Below, piece after piece: positions 50,260-63,304 of a stretch of DNA of 64,000 nt. The stretch comes from Camelus ferus (lineage: Eukaryota): positions 11,410,001 to 11,474,000 of the forward strand of contig NC_045698.1 of the NCBI RefSeq assembly GCF_009834535.1. Direction: 5' to 3'. Positions within the stretch are counted from its first letter, which is position 1, and each line of letters starts with the position of its first letter. The translations under genes were made by a program, and so were the position numbers. Below the pieces are notes generated by a model. The model saw only the letters and a list, made by a program, of their open reading frames with translations, searched no databases and was not told where the DNA came from.

Positions 50260-50888
50260 GGCACTAGGCAGAATTCTAAGATGGTCTGCAAGATCCCTGC
50301 GTCTGTGTACAAGCTCTGCTTGTCTCCCTCCCTTGGGTGCCAGCAGGACCTGTGTACACAGTGGGAGTTCACTCTCTTGATTAGGCTGCAGTATATAGTA
50401 AAGATGAAGGGATTTTGTAATTAAGACCTTAAGTCAGTTATTCTTGATTTAACCAAAGGGAGATCATCCTACTTGGGCCTGACCTAATTAGGCGAAAGCC
50501 CTTAAAGAAAAGACTGGCTTCTTCCCCAAGAAAGGGATTCTCCTTCTGGCCTTGAAGTAAATTATCATATTGACAGGGGGCCACGTGGCAAGGAACTGCA
50601 GGTGACCTGTAGGGGCTGAGAACAGCACCCAGTGAACAGCCAGCAAGAAAACAAATTTTACCACCACAAGGAACTGAATTCTTCCAACTACCACGTCAGC
50701 TTGGAAGAGGACCCTGAGCTCCAGAAAGGACACAGTTCAGCAAACACCTTGATTGCAGCCTTGGAAGACCCTGAGCAGAGGACCCAACCAAAACTCCTGA
50801 ACCACCAGAACTATAAAATCATGCATGGTGTTGTTTAAAGCCACCAAGTTTGTGATTACTTGTTACACAGCAATAAGTGACTAGTACA
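50260..50888 (+). mobile_element. MaLR solo LTR (MLT1E-like)
   Basis: taggcagaattctaagatgg...ccacgtggcaaggaactg...cacaaggaactgaattcttccaac...gaccctgagcagaggaccca...ttgttacacagcaataagtgactagtaca. Confidence 0.88.
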
Positions 50889-51924
50889 GCAATTGTGCTT
50901 CTAGAAATGTATCTGACAAAAATTCTCTGGTGAGTCTACAGTGTTGATGTAAAGTTACAGTCCTTGAATTATTTGGAATAGTTTAACCTTTCACTGATAA
51001 TTTAGAAGGATTTCCAGCTCCTTACGTCATCTGGGCTACCTCAGTTAGTTAATGTTTTCCATTCTTAAAGGAAACTCAATATGGCAGGCACAACATTTTG
51101 AAACTGGGATGGTTGTGTGTACGTGTGTGCACAGATGCATGTTTTAATGGAATTATTTAACCAAGAGCTAACTCTTAAGTCCAAAATAAAGCTTTCTAAG
51201 GCAACTGCAGGATTCCATTGTGGCTGAGAGCCCAAAATTTGTTTCATGACAAAGGGGTCCCTATCTCTTCTCCAGAAACCCTAGGGGTTTTGTTGTTATT
51301 TCAAACAGTATTTTTCAGGAGCACTGAATCCTTGGCTATTCAAGAGGAAACAAAAGCTAGGGGTTAATGTTTTCAAATTCTGTTGCCTGGAATTATTTTC
51401 TCTTCTGGAAAAGTAAATCCAAGATGACAGTTGCCAAGATTGAATATGTTTGGGGGACTATTCCTAAAACTGAATGTATAAATTATTGCTCCAGTAAGGT
51501 GCAGTTTGATGAACTCCACTGATGTATGGTTTATGCAAGCAATTCTTCTGTGTATTAAAAACCCTTTATAGCTTTGACCAACTCCTACATCTTATCCTTT
51601 GATTTGTGATTTGTAAAAAGCCACCTAAATATAAAATGAATGCAGTGTGTGATTCCTCTCTTGACCTGCCTATTAAAATTTAGCATCAATTTTTCTTCTT
51701 TTCATTGTATCTGAAAGAGACATTGTAGTTAAGTTTCGTAAACATTTAGTGAATAAGTGAATAGATGAATGAATGAATTAGAACAAATCACTACTAATTC
51801 AAAATGCAAAATTTTTCCCTGTTAATTTTGTTTTTAATCTCTTGAAATGAGACTATTAATATTATTAGGACAGAGTGTCTGAATTCTATTTACCTATAAA
51901 AACTTAAAGTTCATTAAAATCTTT

Positions 51925-52148
51925 CTGCTTGTGCCTTACCTGTTCTCAGAACTTAGTAGGTATTAGCTCATTCAGTTCTCCTATGAATGAAGTACTCTTA
52001 CTGTCTCCATTATACAGATGAGAAAACTGAGATATGAACTGATTAGTCATCTTGCCTGATACGCTAGGTAGGTAGAAGTGGAGTGAGGATTTGAACCCTA
52101 GCAGTCTGGTCCTGGGACCTGCTTTCTTAAGCATCAGCAGTTCTGCCT
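51925..52148 (-). mobile_element. MIR
   Basis: ccattatacagatgagaaaactgag...ggatttgaaccctagcagtctgg. Confidence 0.75.
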
Positions 52149-52245
52149 GTAGACATCAGAGCTTAGATATCCTAGATATTCACGTACTGTGACATCATGG
52201 AAAAGTGTCATCACCAACAAAAATTGTTATACAATGTAAAGGAAC

Positions 52246-52446
52246 ATATATATATATATATGTATCGTCAGTTGACAATGTTGTGTCAATTTCTGGTATA
52301 CAGCATAGTGCTTCAGTCATACATGAACATACGTATATTCATTTTCATATTCTTTTTCACCATAAGTTACTATAAGATATTGAATATAATTCCTGTGCTA
52401 TACAGTATGAACCTGTTGTTTATCTATTTTACATATATTAGTATTT
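52246..52446 (-). mobile_element. Young L1 3' end with a (TA)n-converted tail
   Basis: caatgttgtgtcaatttctggtatacagcatagtgcttcagtcatacatgaacatac...gatattgaatataattcctgtgctatacag, antisense to 32195-32370. Confidence 0.85.
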
Positions 52447-55329
52447 AATTCAATTAGTAATGATACTTTTTAACATAGGAAAACTTTACATAAATGTTGA
52501 GGGGTAGTGAGAACGGTTGTAGAAAGAGGCTAAAGCAATTGGGCAATGATAAGAAACTAGCTGGAATCTTCGAATTGATAAATTCAAGGGAGATGCACAA
52601 ATGTGATTCCAGGTTGAAAAGAAATTATACCATATTCTTCCCCAGTTGTGCTCTAAGTGTGAAGTCCATGTTTTAGGTTCTTTGGTATCTTTTCTTGCAG
52701 AGTAGCTTCTATCTGATGGTTTCTTTGTATTACCTTCCATAGAGAAAGGGACATATCTTTGAAAGGGCCCCAAATCAGGCAAATTAGCCCTGGATTTTTG
52801 AAGGATCACAGAGAAACCACTTTCAAAGCCAGATAAGCTGTGATCCCCTTCACGTCATCTCCAGGATGACAGAGGTAGAAGGACCTCTTAAAAAGCAGAC
52901 ATCTATTATAATTATTGATATAACCATTCAGAATTATAACTTTTTCTTAGAATTTATGTGCTAGGAATTGTAGCAAGTGCTTTCAAGCATTATCTCACTT
53001 AATTCTCACACCTTTCTCTCCCCTATCAACTGGGGATTGCAGCCAGCTCATTTCCATGATCATCAGTGTTCAGATATCCTAGTTACAACCTAAAATCTAC
53101 ATGTGGCCATTTGCTCCTTACCTGTTCCTACCGTTTCTCTTCCAGGGCTCTGGAAAAGAAAGATACGGATTTCCCACATAGTAAGCTATGCTTTTGAGTT
53201 TTATTTTCCCTGAGTCCTTTTGTTGAAAATCCTGGAGCAGTAGGTCAACACTGGATCTTCCCTTTGAATGTCTTGTGAGCCCTGCTCACCTTTTCCTTGG
53301 GTGCAATTTAACTCTGTCCCGAACACATGGGATGCTTAACTTCTCTGTTTCTGTAGCTACTCTGCCTCTTTCCAAAAGGGCTCGACTAGAGTGCTGTATC
53401 TTTTTCCTTTTAAAAACACAGCTCTGAAACACAGCCCTGAAACACAGCCTTTCTTGATATAAAGCATTGCATTGGAGCTATTATGTGTGTAATCAGCAAG
53501 GACACACATGCCCAGCCACTTCCTGAAGAACATGTTGCCAGGCCAGTTCACAGTCTCTCCTTTTCTTGGCATTCCCTTGTCTATTTGGAGAGTCTTACCA
53601 CCGTCTAGAGAATTTTTTGTCCATCAAGTACTTTCTGTTTGAAAATGATGCATAAATGGCCTCTTTTCCTGTTTTAGTCCACATGCAAAATGGAGTCTGA
53701 GTTGAAAGCAGACTTTGTCTTAGACTCACACAATAGCCTGTGCTTGAGTCACTGTTGCACCTGAGCTTAGGAAAACAGCCTTTTGGGAACTTGACTCTTT
53801 CTCTGTCCTCCAAGAGGCTAAAACTCATTTTATCAGCAACAGAACCTATTTGAATTGACGAAGTAATGGATCTTTCCAATAATTTCATATATGCTCTGCA
53901 TCATAAGGACACTTCCCCCCCGCCTTTTACACCTGAGAGTGAGAGTCTTAGTTGCAATGAGTCTCTTACTGTACGATAATTTTTAAGGCTAAATCTAAAT
54001 GAATGGAATAAATATTATTTACCATGTCTCTTGACTGACAGTTTCAATTCCTTCTCAATTTTTTCTAATAGGAAGTTAATGTAGTTTGGGGGAGCTAAGC
54101 TTATCTAAGGGTAAATATGAACTTGTATATTGTTATAGTCATGGAAATAAATAGCAAAATGGGGGGAAATGAGTCTATAAACTACAGTAAATGTATAAAT
54201 AATCTCAGAAACCAGAGATTTTTCCTGTATGCAGCTCTCTAGGATCTTCCATCTAAGGCAGGTTCTTGATTCACGAAAAGACATATAACCTGTCCACTTT
54301 TTACTAGTGAAGGATATGCTTAAAATATACTAAAGCGATATCTAGGACACAAACCACTAAGCACAAACAACCCATCCTCTCTGCTCTGCATGCCCTGTCG
54401 GTTTCATCAAGGTCAAAGCTGGCTCGGTCTTTGAGTGGGTAGGGAGATGACATCATGGTGAAAAGTCCCATCAGTCCATGCTAGGTTGTAGCTCTCTTAG
54501 CACTGTTCTTGCAGACTTTGGAGTATCTCTCTGATATTGGATTGGTTACAGTGGAAACAGAAAGATTCTAATCATACAAAATAAAGATTTCCATTTGTGA
54601 GTTCAACTATTGGATCTGTCATCTTTCATCAGTAGAAAAATGGAGGAAATCAAATACTTTGTTTTGTTTTAACCACCCAGAGAAGGAAGAGAGTAGTGTG
54701 TGGGAAATCAATATATCTTACTTAGTCCAACTACTCCTCCCTCTGGGGTGTGTAAATGATCGGGGGCAAGCAAATTACTTTTCCATCATATTTGGCACAA
54801 AACTACCCTGGTGAGTGAGGAGAAAGGGAATCATTTGATAAGATTTGGAAAATACCATCTGTTTTTCTTAGTATTTCTGGATGAATTTATCAGGCATCCT
54901 GTAATTTACACTTTCTGTTGAAAACTATAATTGAATACCCGCATGGATGTGAAGCCTTCGGTTATTTGTCAGAAGCTATATGAGGACTGTGCCATTTAAG
55001 GGGGTTGTGTTTACAGTCAAGGGTAGAATCTGAAATGTTCAATTGTTTCCTCCCTGGAAAAAAATATCTGTCTCTGCCTACATAGAGTGCTTCCTTGCTG
55101 TGTGAACTTGGAACTAGATGTTGATGTTTAGACACTTCCAATTCTATGATTCTATGGCTTTGAGATTTTCTTGTTCTCACAAGTTCAGTCTAGCTATGAT
55201 GTATATCGCACTTACTAGATGCCAAGCAGTATGTGAGAGGTGAGGGCTGTACAATAACAGAGACGTCTTGTCCTGAAAAAATAAATAAATAAACAAACCA
55301 GGATATCAAGGGTGAAAGGCAAGTACAGG

Positions 55330-55580
55330 TAATCGCTATTAATAGCTCCCACTCATTGAGGATTTGCTGTTGTAAGCTGTAGACATACTGGCCTATTGAA
55401 TCCTCATCTCTCGAGGTAGATTTGTAATAGTATGTCCATTGTACAAATGAGGAAGCTGACCCTGCTGGCAAACAAAGGAGCCCGGATTTGAGCAGAGGTA
55501 CACTGGCTCCTGAGCCTGTGTTCAGAAACACTAGGCTGTGATAAAACATGGTGAATGCAGTGTTTAACCATGTAACCACT
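55330..55580 (-). mobile_element. MIR
   Basis: ccattgtacaaatgaggaagctga...gagcccggatttgagcagagg. Confidence 0.6.
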
Positions 55581-56705
55581 GAATACCATGGATCACAGAG
55601 GAGGGACATCTGACCTAGCACATGGCGGGCTGGGGAGGTAGGACTCAAGATGAAGTCTCTGGCTGTGCCTCTGTCTTTTCAAAGGGGTGCTGTCTTGAAC
55701 AGAGATTTAAAGAATGAGAAAGGGGTTGCTGGTTGAAGGAAGGAACATGAGGAGCCTCCAAAGAGAGGGCACAACTCAGCAAATGCCCTGAATTGAGAAG
55801 TGGTACTTTGGGTGATGGCAAGGGTGGGGAGAGGTGGCGGAAGAGCATCTATTCCTAGGATCTGATCGACTAAACTCAATCCTGGGCAATCAGGATGGCG
55901 ATAGAGACATTTCACATGGGGTATCTGGGAGGAGGCCTCATGGAGGAACATATCACTGCCTTTCTACAGTTTAAGCCTTTCCTGCCCTGAGCTTCCAGGT
56001 GTAGTGATGCTCAGGTATACTGATACTCTGACTTGAGATTAGTCTTTCAGAGTCCTGGATTGTTAGGTAGGGCAGGAAGGGGCAGGGCATGAAGTTAAGA
56101 GTATGGGAAGGAGTGTGATCACAAGGACTTTATGTTTATGATCAGGACCTGAAATTTCCCCTACATGGATGGTTTTAAAAAAAAAAAAATCAATGCAGCA
56201 ACTGTCTGGAGCTTGAATTTGTCAGAGACACAACTCTAAATTTCACATCTATTACATTGGCTATCTTCTTGAATGGCATATGGATATTTGATCTTTTCGA
56301 CTCTTAATGAACAGTGACAGAGATATAACAGATTGTTTTCATCAACATTTAAAAAGTTTCTGTCTGCCAAGCCATGGACCAAAATATTCAGTAGAATGAA
56401 GTGAACCACTTGGGAGTTTCCTTACTCTGATTTCATCTTTCTGCCTTGAGAGAGAAATGGTTCTGGCACCAGAATATGAAGCAGAAATAAGAGAGAGGGG
56501 CAAAGGAGCTGCGAAATCCACAGAGTAAATAACCATCTGTTAACAATTTATGTGACAAATGTTTAAAGAGGGCCTAGGCACGCTAGGCTCATGTGGACGT
56601 TCAACGCTAACAAGTGTTTGTCCTCAAAAATGTGTACGCTTAATAGTTGACTATAATTAATAGGTCAGCTTACACATGAAAGAATCAAATTCCAAAAACA
56701 TTTTT

Positions 56706-57466
56706 CTTACTATTTTTAACACCTTTATTGTGGTATGATTCTTGTACAGTAAACTGTACATTTTTCAGATGTACAATTTGATGAATTTTGATAGATGTAT
56801 ACACCCATGAAACCACCACCACAATCAAGATAGCTAACATTTTCATCACTCCCTAAGAGACACAAACTTTGAATTCCCAATTTATCCCTTCCCACCCACT
56901 TTACCCACTGCTAACCATAGTTTGTTCTCTATGTCTATGAGTCTGTTTCTGTTTTGTAGATAAGTTCATTTGTGTCCTGGTTTTTTAAGTTACACATGTA
57001 AAGGATATCACATGGGATTTTTCTTTCTCTTTCTGACTGACTTCACTTAGAATGACAATCTCCAGGCCCATCCATGTTGCTGCAAATGGCATTACTTTAT
57101 TCTTTTTGTGGCTGTTTAGTATTCCATTGTATAAACACACTACAGCTTCTTTATCCAGTCATCTGTCGATCGACATTTAGGTTGTTTCCATGTCTTGGCT
57201 ACTGTAAATAGTGCTGCTGTGAACACTGGGGTGCAGGTGTCTTTTCTAATTATATTTTCCTCCAGATATATGCCCAGGAGTGGGATTGCCTCACATCAGT
57301 CAGAATGGCCATCATTAAAAAGTCCACAAACCATAAATGCTGGAGAGGGTGTGGAGAAAAAGGAACCCTCCTATACTGTTGGTGGGAATATAAATTGGTG
57401 CAGCCACTATGGGGGACAGTATGGAGATTCCTCAAAAAACTAAAACTAGATTTACTGTATGATCCA
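56706..57466 (-). mobile_element. Composite L1 insertion: old L1M-type 3' end (56706-56858), young L1 body (about 56862-57289) and 5'-inverted segment (57290-57466)
   Basis: ORF 57305..57547(+) begins [31 protein letters not shown] tccaaaaacattttt (56691-56705) / tccaaaaacatcttt (57463-57477). Confidence 0.85.
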
Positions 57467-59689
57467 AAAACATCTTTAACAAACATCCCATTACCCATCA
57501 TGTTAACCACCCAGTCTTTCAATAGGTTTTGTTGTCTGTCAAGGTAACCTTGGGCCTGTTTGCCAGCTGAGTTTATCTGAATGTGAGTGCCATTTGCAAG
57601 CCTTGGTGGAAAAGAAAGAGAGAAGACTTTGAGGTGGGATATCTGGTTCAAGTTCAGGTTCAAACCAGGTGCTTTCATTTTCATCCTTTCTGAATATGAA
57701 AGTGCTAAGAGTGTGAGACTTCCTATTTTTCTCACATGTTCTCCCAGCTGCTTCTTACTGTGCTTTCAACAGGAAGTAGGTAGGTCATTCTGGCTGAAAC
57801 GGGCCACAAACAGCCCCCTCTGCTTATAACAATTTCCTATCACATTACCTCACCTGAATTTTTGAGCCAAGTTCTATTTGGGGTGGGCCCTGTGATCATT
57901 ATTCCTTCCTCATTAAAAACTCAAAAAAAAAAAAAAAGTTAAACTGCTTGATCATAACTCTACTCAGGCAAGCCTCAAAAACAGACACTTGTCCATAAGT
58001 AATTCTGATCAACTTCTTCACTAATGTTCTGCTTAATTGTTTACAGTGAAAGCTGGGTGCTAGTCCCCTGTTGCGGTGATAAGACCTGTGTATTTCCTAA
58101 TGTTACAAACGAGTCAGAATCCATTGTTCTCACTTCCTGTGCAGTGTAGTTGACCTCCTCCAAGTTAGGAAAACACTTAGCTGGAAGGTTTGCCCTGGTT
58201 AATTCTGATAGAAAATAAAACCACAATGATTATCAGAGACCTTGGTTATTTTTCATTGTTGCTTAACTGTACATATTCTGCATGTAAGTAAATACAATTT
58301 TGCAGCATTTATTGAGGATTTTTTACTTCAAAAGAAATATACATTTCCAATTTTTTAAATGTGTAAAAAAATGAGTTCAAAAGAAAGGAATTTTCCTGTA
58401 ATTTTGCATTTTAAAGATCTGTTAATGCGCAGAAGAGCTTTTTCCACATATGTGTATATTTATAGAAATGTACATAGCTAGATCTATTTATAAACATTTA
58501 TAATGAAATCACTTTGCAGTGCTTCACTGGATTTTAGGTGGGATAGGACCCAAAAATTACGTACACACTTTGTCCTGATGGACTCACTGTAAAGTAGTAC
58601 AGGCAGTTAACCATTTCCTTCCTGCCTTCAGTTACATATTTTCTTAGTCCCTCTAAAATAAAAAATGATCTTAGGAAAAATGATACATCTAAAATAAGAG
58701 TTATCACAAATTTGATCCATTAAATTTGGTCACTCATAGAGGTAAATTAAAATCATGTGTCAAGAAATACTTCTTTTTGTTTTAAGGTAAACAGAATAGT
58801 ATATAGATAATTTGTGATTAGCATGGAGTGGAGGGAAGAAAACTGCCATTTAGGAAACATTTACAAATGCCCTTGTTCAGGAATTCAAATCTCCTTGCAA
58901 TAATGAGAATTTGGCACTATCCGCTTGACTACTGAGGGAAGTAAGATTTAGAGATTTTCAAGTTTTCCCATGGTCACAGTGCTAAAAAGTTATAAAGTTA
59001 CTGTGTGAACCCAAGTTTGTCTGATTCCAAAGTCTATGATTGGTCTTTTAAAAAAAAATGCATAGTTTTGTTTTCTAGCTACCAAAGTAATGTTTACTTA
59101 GAGTTTAAAATACTTTGAGAATAGAGGAATATGTAGCATAGAAAGATAAAGATATCCATTATTCCACCCCCAGAAAAACTGCTGGTAATTGTTGGGCATG
59201 TATTTTCTAAACTTGTGTTCTATGCGTCTGCTAAAATACACACTTTTTTTTTTTTTTTTTTGGCTTTCGTTCATTTTCTCTCCTTTCCTTCTTTTCTTTT
59301 TTTACTTAATCAATTCCTAGTAAAGTCATATTTAGGGTTATTATAGACATTGTTTTAATAGATGTCTTAATATATTTACTTTTAGCATGAATCCAAGTGT
59401 TTTTGTAAGGTAAATCACAAAAATAAAAATTCCTGAGATTAAAAGTATGCACACAATAAATTACAGACAGTACTGCAACACGGCCTTCCAGAAAGATTTT
59501 GCCAGCTTTTAGTCCCATGGCACCACGTGAGAGTGTCCAGGAGACTGTGCTTCCCTGTCATTGCACTAATCAAACATTAAGTCTGAAGGACCCCTGAGGG
59601 ATGCTAATGGTTTGCCTGTTGTCATATGCGTAGTTAAGACCTGGGTTCAAGCCCAGCCGAGACTGTAGTAGTGAACACGTGAAACATAG

Positions 59690-59870
59690 TAATGGTGATA
59701 GCCAGTACTTCAGAGTGCCAGCCACTGCTCTGAACACTGTAACACCATCTAATCCTCATGACAACCTTACGGGTGCATGCAGCTACTGTCCTCAGATTGC
59801 AGACTGGAAACTGGGGCTTTGAGAGGCTAAGTGACGTTTTCCCAAGTCGATACAGTTAGGATTGGGCAAT
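59690..59870 (-). mobile_element. MIR
   Basis: ctaatcctcatgacaacctt...cagactggaaactggggctttgagaggctaagtgacgttttcccaag. Confidence 0.65.
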
Positions 59871-60044
59871 GTGGTCCAAAATGTATGTCTATTTTCAATT
59901 ATTTTCTATTAGTTAAGTTGTTTCCAAGAGTTGTTTGAACCACGTTGCCTAGCAAAGTCCATTCAGAAGTTAAAGAAATCCATATGTACCATCAAATGCA
60001 GAGGAAGTGCTGGATTAAGGATTTTGAGTTTAAAAAAACCCAAA

Positions 60045-60095
60045 ATGCATGTGCGCATATGTGCGTGTGCGCGTATGTGCGTGTGTGTGTGTGCA
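60045..60095. repeat. 51-nt alternating purine-pyrimidine tract
   Basis: atgcatgtgcgcatatgtgcgtgtgcgcgtatgtgcgtgtgtgtgtgtgca. Confidence 0.9.
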
Positions 60096-62902
60096 GAGGA
60101 GACCACGATGCTCTGGGCAAATGGAAGAGAGCATGCCATCAGTTCTGACCAATGGGCTGGAGCTGGAGCTTCTTGAGAGCGGAGACCCCAGCCCCGGCTC
60201 TCTGCACATCTCTTGAGCCATAGACCTAACAGGTAAGGGAGGGCTTTGAGCGGAATATGAGGCTGGGGTGTAAACTGGACTGGAAAAACCTTCACAACTG
60301 AAAGTGACTGAAAAATGAGGCATCGACTAAGGTGCTTCCTATGACTCAGCGAAAAGAACACAGATAGCAAGTGACCTGGGAAGTCTGTTCCGAGTTTGTA
60401 CCTCCATGAGTTGAGACTCTCCACTCAAAATTAGCTGCACAGCCTCAATGTTTGTTTCCTGTGGGCTCACGAGGATCTCATTCCTTCAAAGACCAATTAG
60501 GGTTAGTGGGCCCCTGAGAGGTTAGATAGACGTTACCCGCCTGCCTTCTGTAGGGGGCATCATGCCTGCCCCCTTGTGTTAAGCAAAATGCACATCCTTC
60601 CAAACCCACCTCCATCTACCCTCATCTCCATGGCCAGGCCCCCAACGCTTCTGGGATCCTTTTCCTCTCCCTGAACATCCCTGGGAATCTCAGTGGCTCC
60701 TCCACTGCTCTGCCACCTGAGTACCATTTTCCTCCACCTTTGCGTGGTGTGCTGGCATGTCTCTCAATCCCAATGCTCTAAACCTTAGCCAGGGAACGGT
60801 CCACCAGGAACTGTCCACTTGCTGTTTGCCACAGAACCTGGGAGAACAGGGAGCCTAGGTTCCATTCACATTCTCCCCACTTTCCCTCTTTCTTTCTTCC
60901 CTTTTTCCCCTTATCTCCTCCTTTACAAGAGCAGCCTTAATATGAGCCCAGGTTGCAGAAGATGTTAGTGAAATGAATTCCGATTCTCTTCTCTGGGAAA
61001 TCATTCCACAAATCTCTTGAAACCTGTGATACTGTTTTGTTCCAGTGATGGCTCTGTCTTTGAAATGAAAGTCTACGTTATTTAGCTTGAATGGAAGCTG
61101 CACTGGTTGAAAGAGCAGAGAGGAGTCCTCTAAACAGCTCTGGTCCCCCTTGTCCCACAGGCAGGCCCTGGTCCATGTCTGTGGAACCCTGCAGCTCTTA
61201 GGAGCACAGTTGGACCACCACTCTTCTAGAAAGAGGAACTACTCAAATTTCTTAGCAAGGAAGTAGGTTAGTAGAAGTAATAGATGTTTTCTTAGGGCCC
61301 TAGGCAAGATGCGAAACCAACACGATTGGATTGTGATCAGAAAATATATTTGACCTTTGATTGTTATGCAGAAATAGATGATTTCCTTTCTCTTACAACA
61401 AAGTCTTGAATCTTTTTAACTGCTAACAGATATATGCAAAGATGACTTCCAAAGGGTGATTTGCAATATATAATGTACAGTTTCTGATATATGGGTGTAT
61501 ATGTGGATAATTATTTGATACATATGTTTGAAATGTTCCTGTTTCAAGGACCAACAGCCATAAATTGAGGAAATAGAAACAGACAAGTTAAACAATTATT
61601 CTGAGCTGGCACACTGGCTCAAGAAAATGTAGAATTCATCAATATGGCAGCTCGGATTTCTTTCCAAGTTCATGGCTTCATATTCCAATCTTATTCCATT
61701 TATTTTTTCACATTAAAATTCTGTAAGACTTCAAGAGAACCAGAGAAAATTTCAACCTTATAACTATTGAGAATGGAAAAAATGGCAGGGAGTATATACA
61801 TAAAGCTTATTTAAGATGTGTCCAACAGTCACATAATTCATCATATGAGAAATTACAGTAAATAGCACATCATCACTGATAGCAGAGATAAAGGACTATT
61901 CTACACTAAACTATTCAGCCAGTGTTTGGGTCAGGAAAGGTGTTCTTTTTGATATTCACTGTATGAAAGAAGGGTTTTAGAAGGAAGCCAGTGGTTTTGC
62001 AGCTTAAGCCCTTCTAGGGCGGTTAGCTCCAAGGGATCTGAGAACTGTAGAAGTCTCTGCGGGCATTTATTGTTCAGTGCTGTGTTTATATGGGACAGGC
62101 AATATCCTTATATGAACACTAATTTCACTTGCACAGAGATGCTTTGGTGGGAATTATCTAATGTATACATTTATAAGACTTTGTCTTCAGTAACTTCCAA
62201 CCATTAATTCATAAGGGAGCAAGTTACCTTGACCAGATGTTAGTTTTTTGTTTAACTTCTCTTTTCTTTTCTTTTTTGTTTTTAAGAGCCAAATTATTTT
62301 GACTCTATAATCCGATTTAAGTTGTTTGCCTCTGCCTCTTTGGAACCATTTTTCAGATTTTACCATTTTCTTCACTTTTTAATTACTAGAGGACTCTTAC
62401 AAACCCATCTTTACTGTACTTATGGGATACAGTGGATCACTAGAATTTTAATGTAATAAAATATCATTTCAAAGCTATGAGCTAGAATGTGATTAATATA
62501 TGATTTGGCCTGGAAAAATTTCCACTAACATGACTCAATAAATATTCCATATATAATATCTATTTTTAATATACTGGGATTTAAAAAACATACCTTGGAT
62601 CTTTTTCTTGCTCTTCCTCATCTGTGTCATTTAAAGTGAGGACTTCAAAGCCAGACATCATGGTCAGATGCTGAATAGAGATCAGAGAAGCCAATTGACT
62701 GCTCCAATGTTGAGCAGATGGGGCGTGACTCAAGGAAGTGATAGATGGAGCCTTTGAAGGTCCTCAGTGTTTCCACCAAGACTGGAGTCAAGAGAAGGGG
62801 TTGCACGGGCAACTACTGGACCCAGATTGTACCAGGAGCTTCTAATCCTTCTTCCATTCCATCCCCCCAGTGACACATGAGATAACCATGAATACCCCAC
62901 TT

Positions 62903-63068
62903 CAGAGCTCCTCAGCCTGGGCTTATTGCCCAAAGGGGACATTGGAGATCTCGGGAAACTTTTTCGATTGTCACAATGCAAGTGTGCTGTCGGCATCTAG
63001 CAGGTAGAGTTCAGGGATGCTGCTTCAATTATCATGCCCAAAACACCAAGAGTGTCAGGCTGAGAAAC
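62903..63068 (+). mobile_element. hAT-Charlie MER20
   Basis: aggggacattggag...ttgtcacaa...ggcatctagcaggtagagttcagggatgctgct...aattatcatgcccaaaa...ggctgagaaac. Confidence 0.75.
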
Positions 63069-63071
63069 GTG

Positions 63072-63185
63072 TCCCATTTTACAGATCAGGCACCTGAGGC
63101 TCTAAAAGGTCCAGAGTTCATGAATATCAGAGTTAGAATCAAACTCAGGCCTGACTCAGACGTTGATGCTCTTTATCACTAAAAC
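63072..63185 (-). mobile_element. MIR fragment
   Basis: cccattttacagatcaggcacctgaggctc...aaactcaggcctgactc. Confidence 0.6.
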
Positions 63186-63304
63186 TCATGTCTTCTCAGG
63201 GAATAAGAAGTAAAACCAGAACATACAGTTCAGTTAACAGCCAGTTACAGACAATTATGAATATTAGGAGATTGTATCTTATAGGGATTGTGAAGCAGTT
63301 GAAG

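Larger units (their letters stand above)
49400..50930 (+). mobile_element. Ancient L1 (L1ME-like) ORF2-end fragment interrupted by two insertions
   Basis: gcaaaggatatgaaaaagtaattcacaaaaga...cactgctaatgg...caatttgacagtat, resuming at gcaattgtgcttctagaaatgtatc after the LTR. Confidence 0.55.

Noticed and set aside
55190..60424. 150-160 aa ORFs at 55190..55648, 57250..57735 and 59963..60424
   Set aside because: They run through MIR, antisense L1 or microsatellite sequence and show no domain signature.
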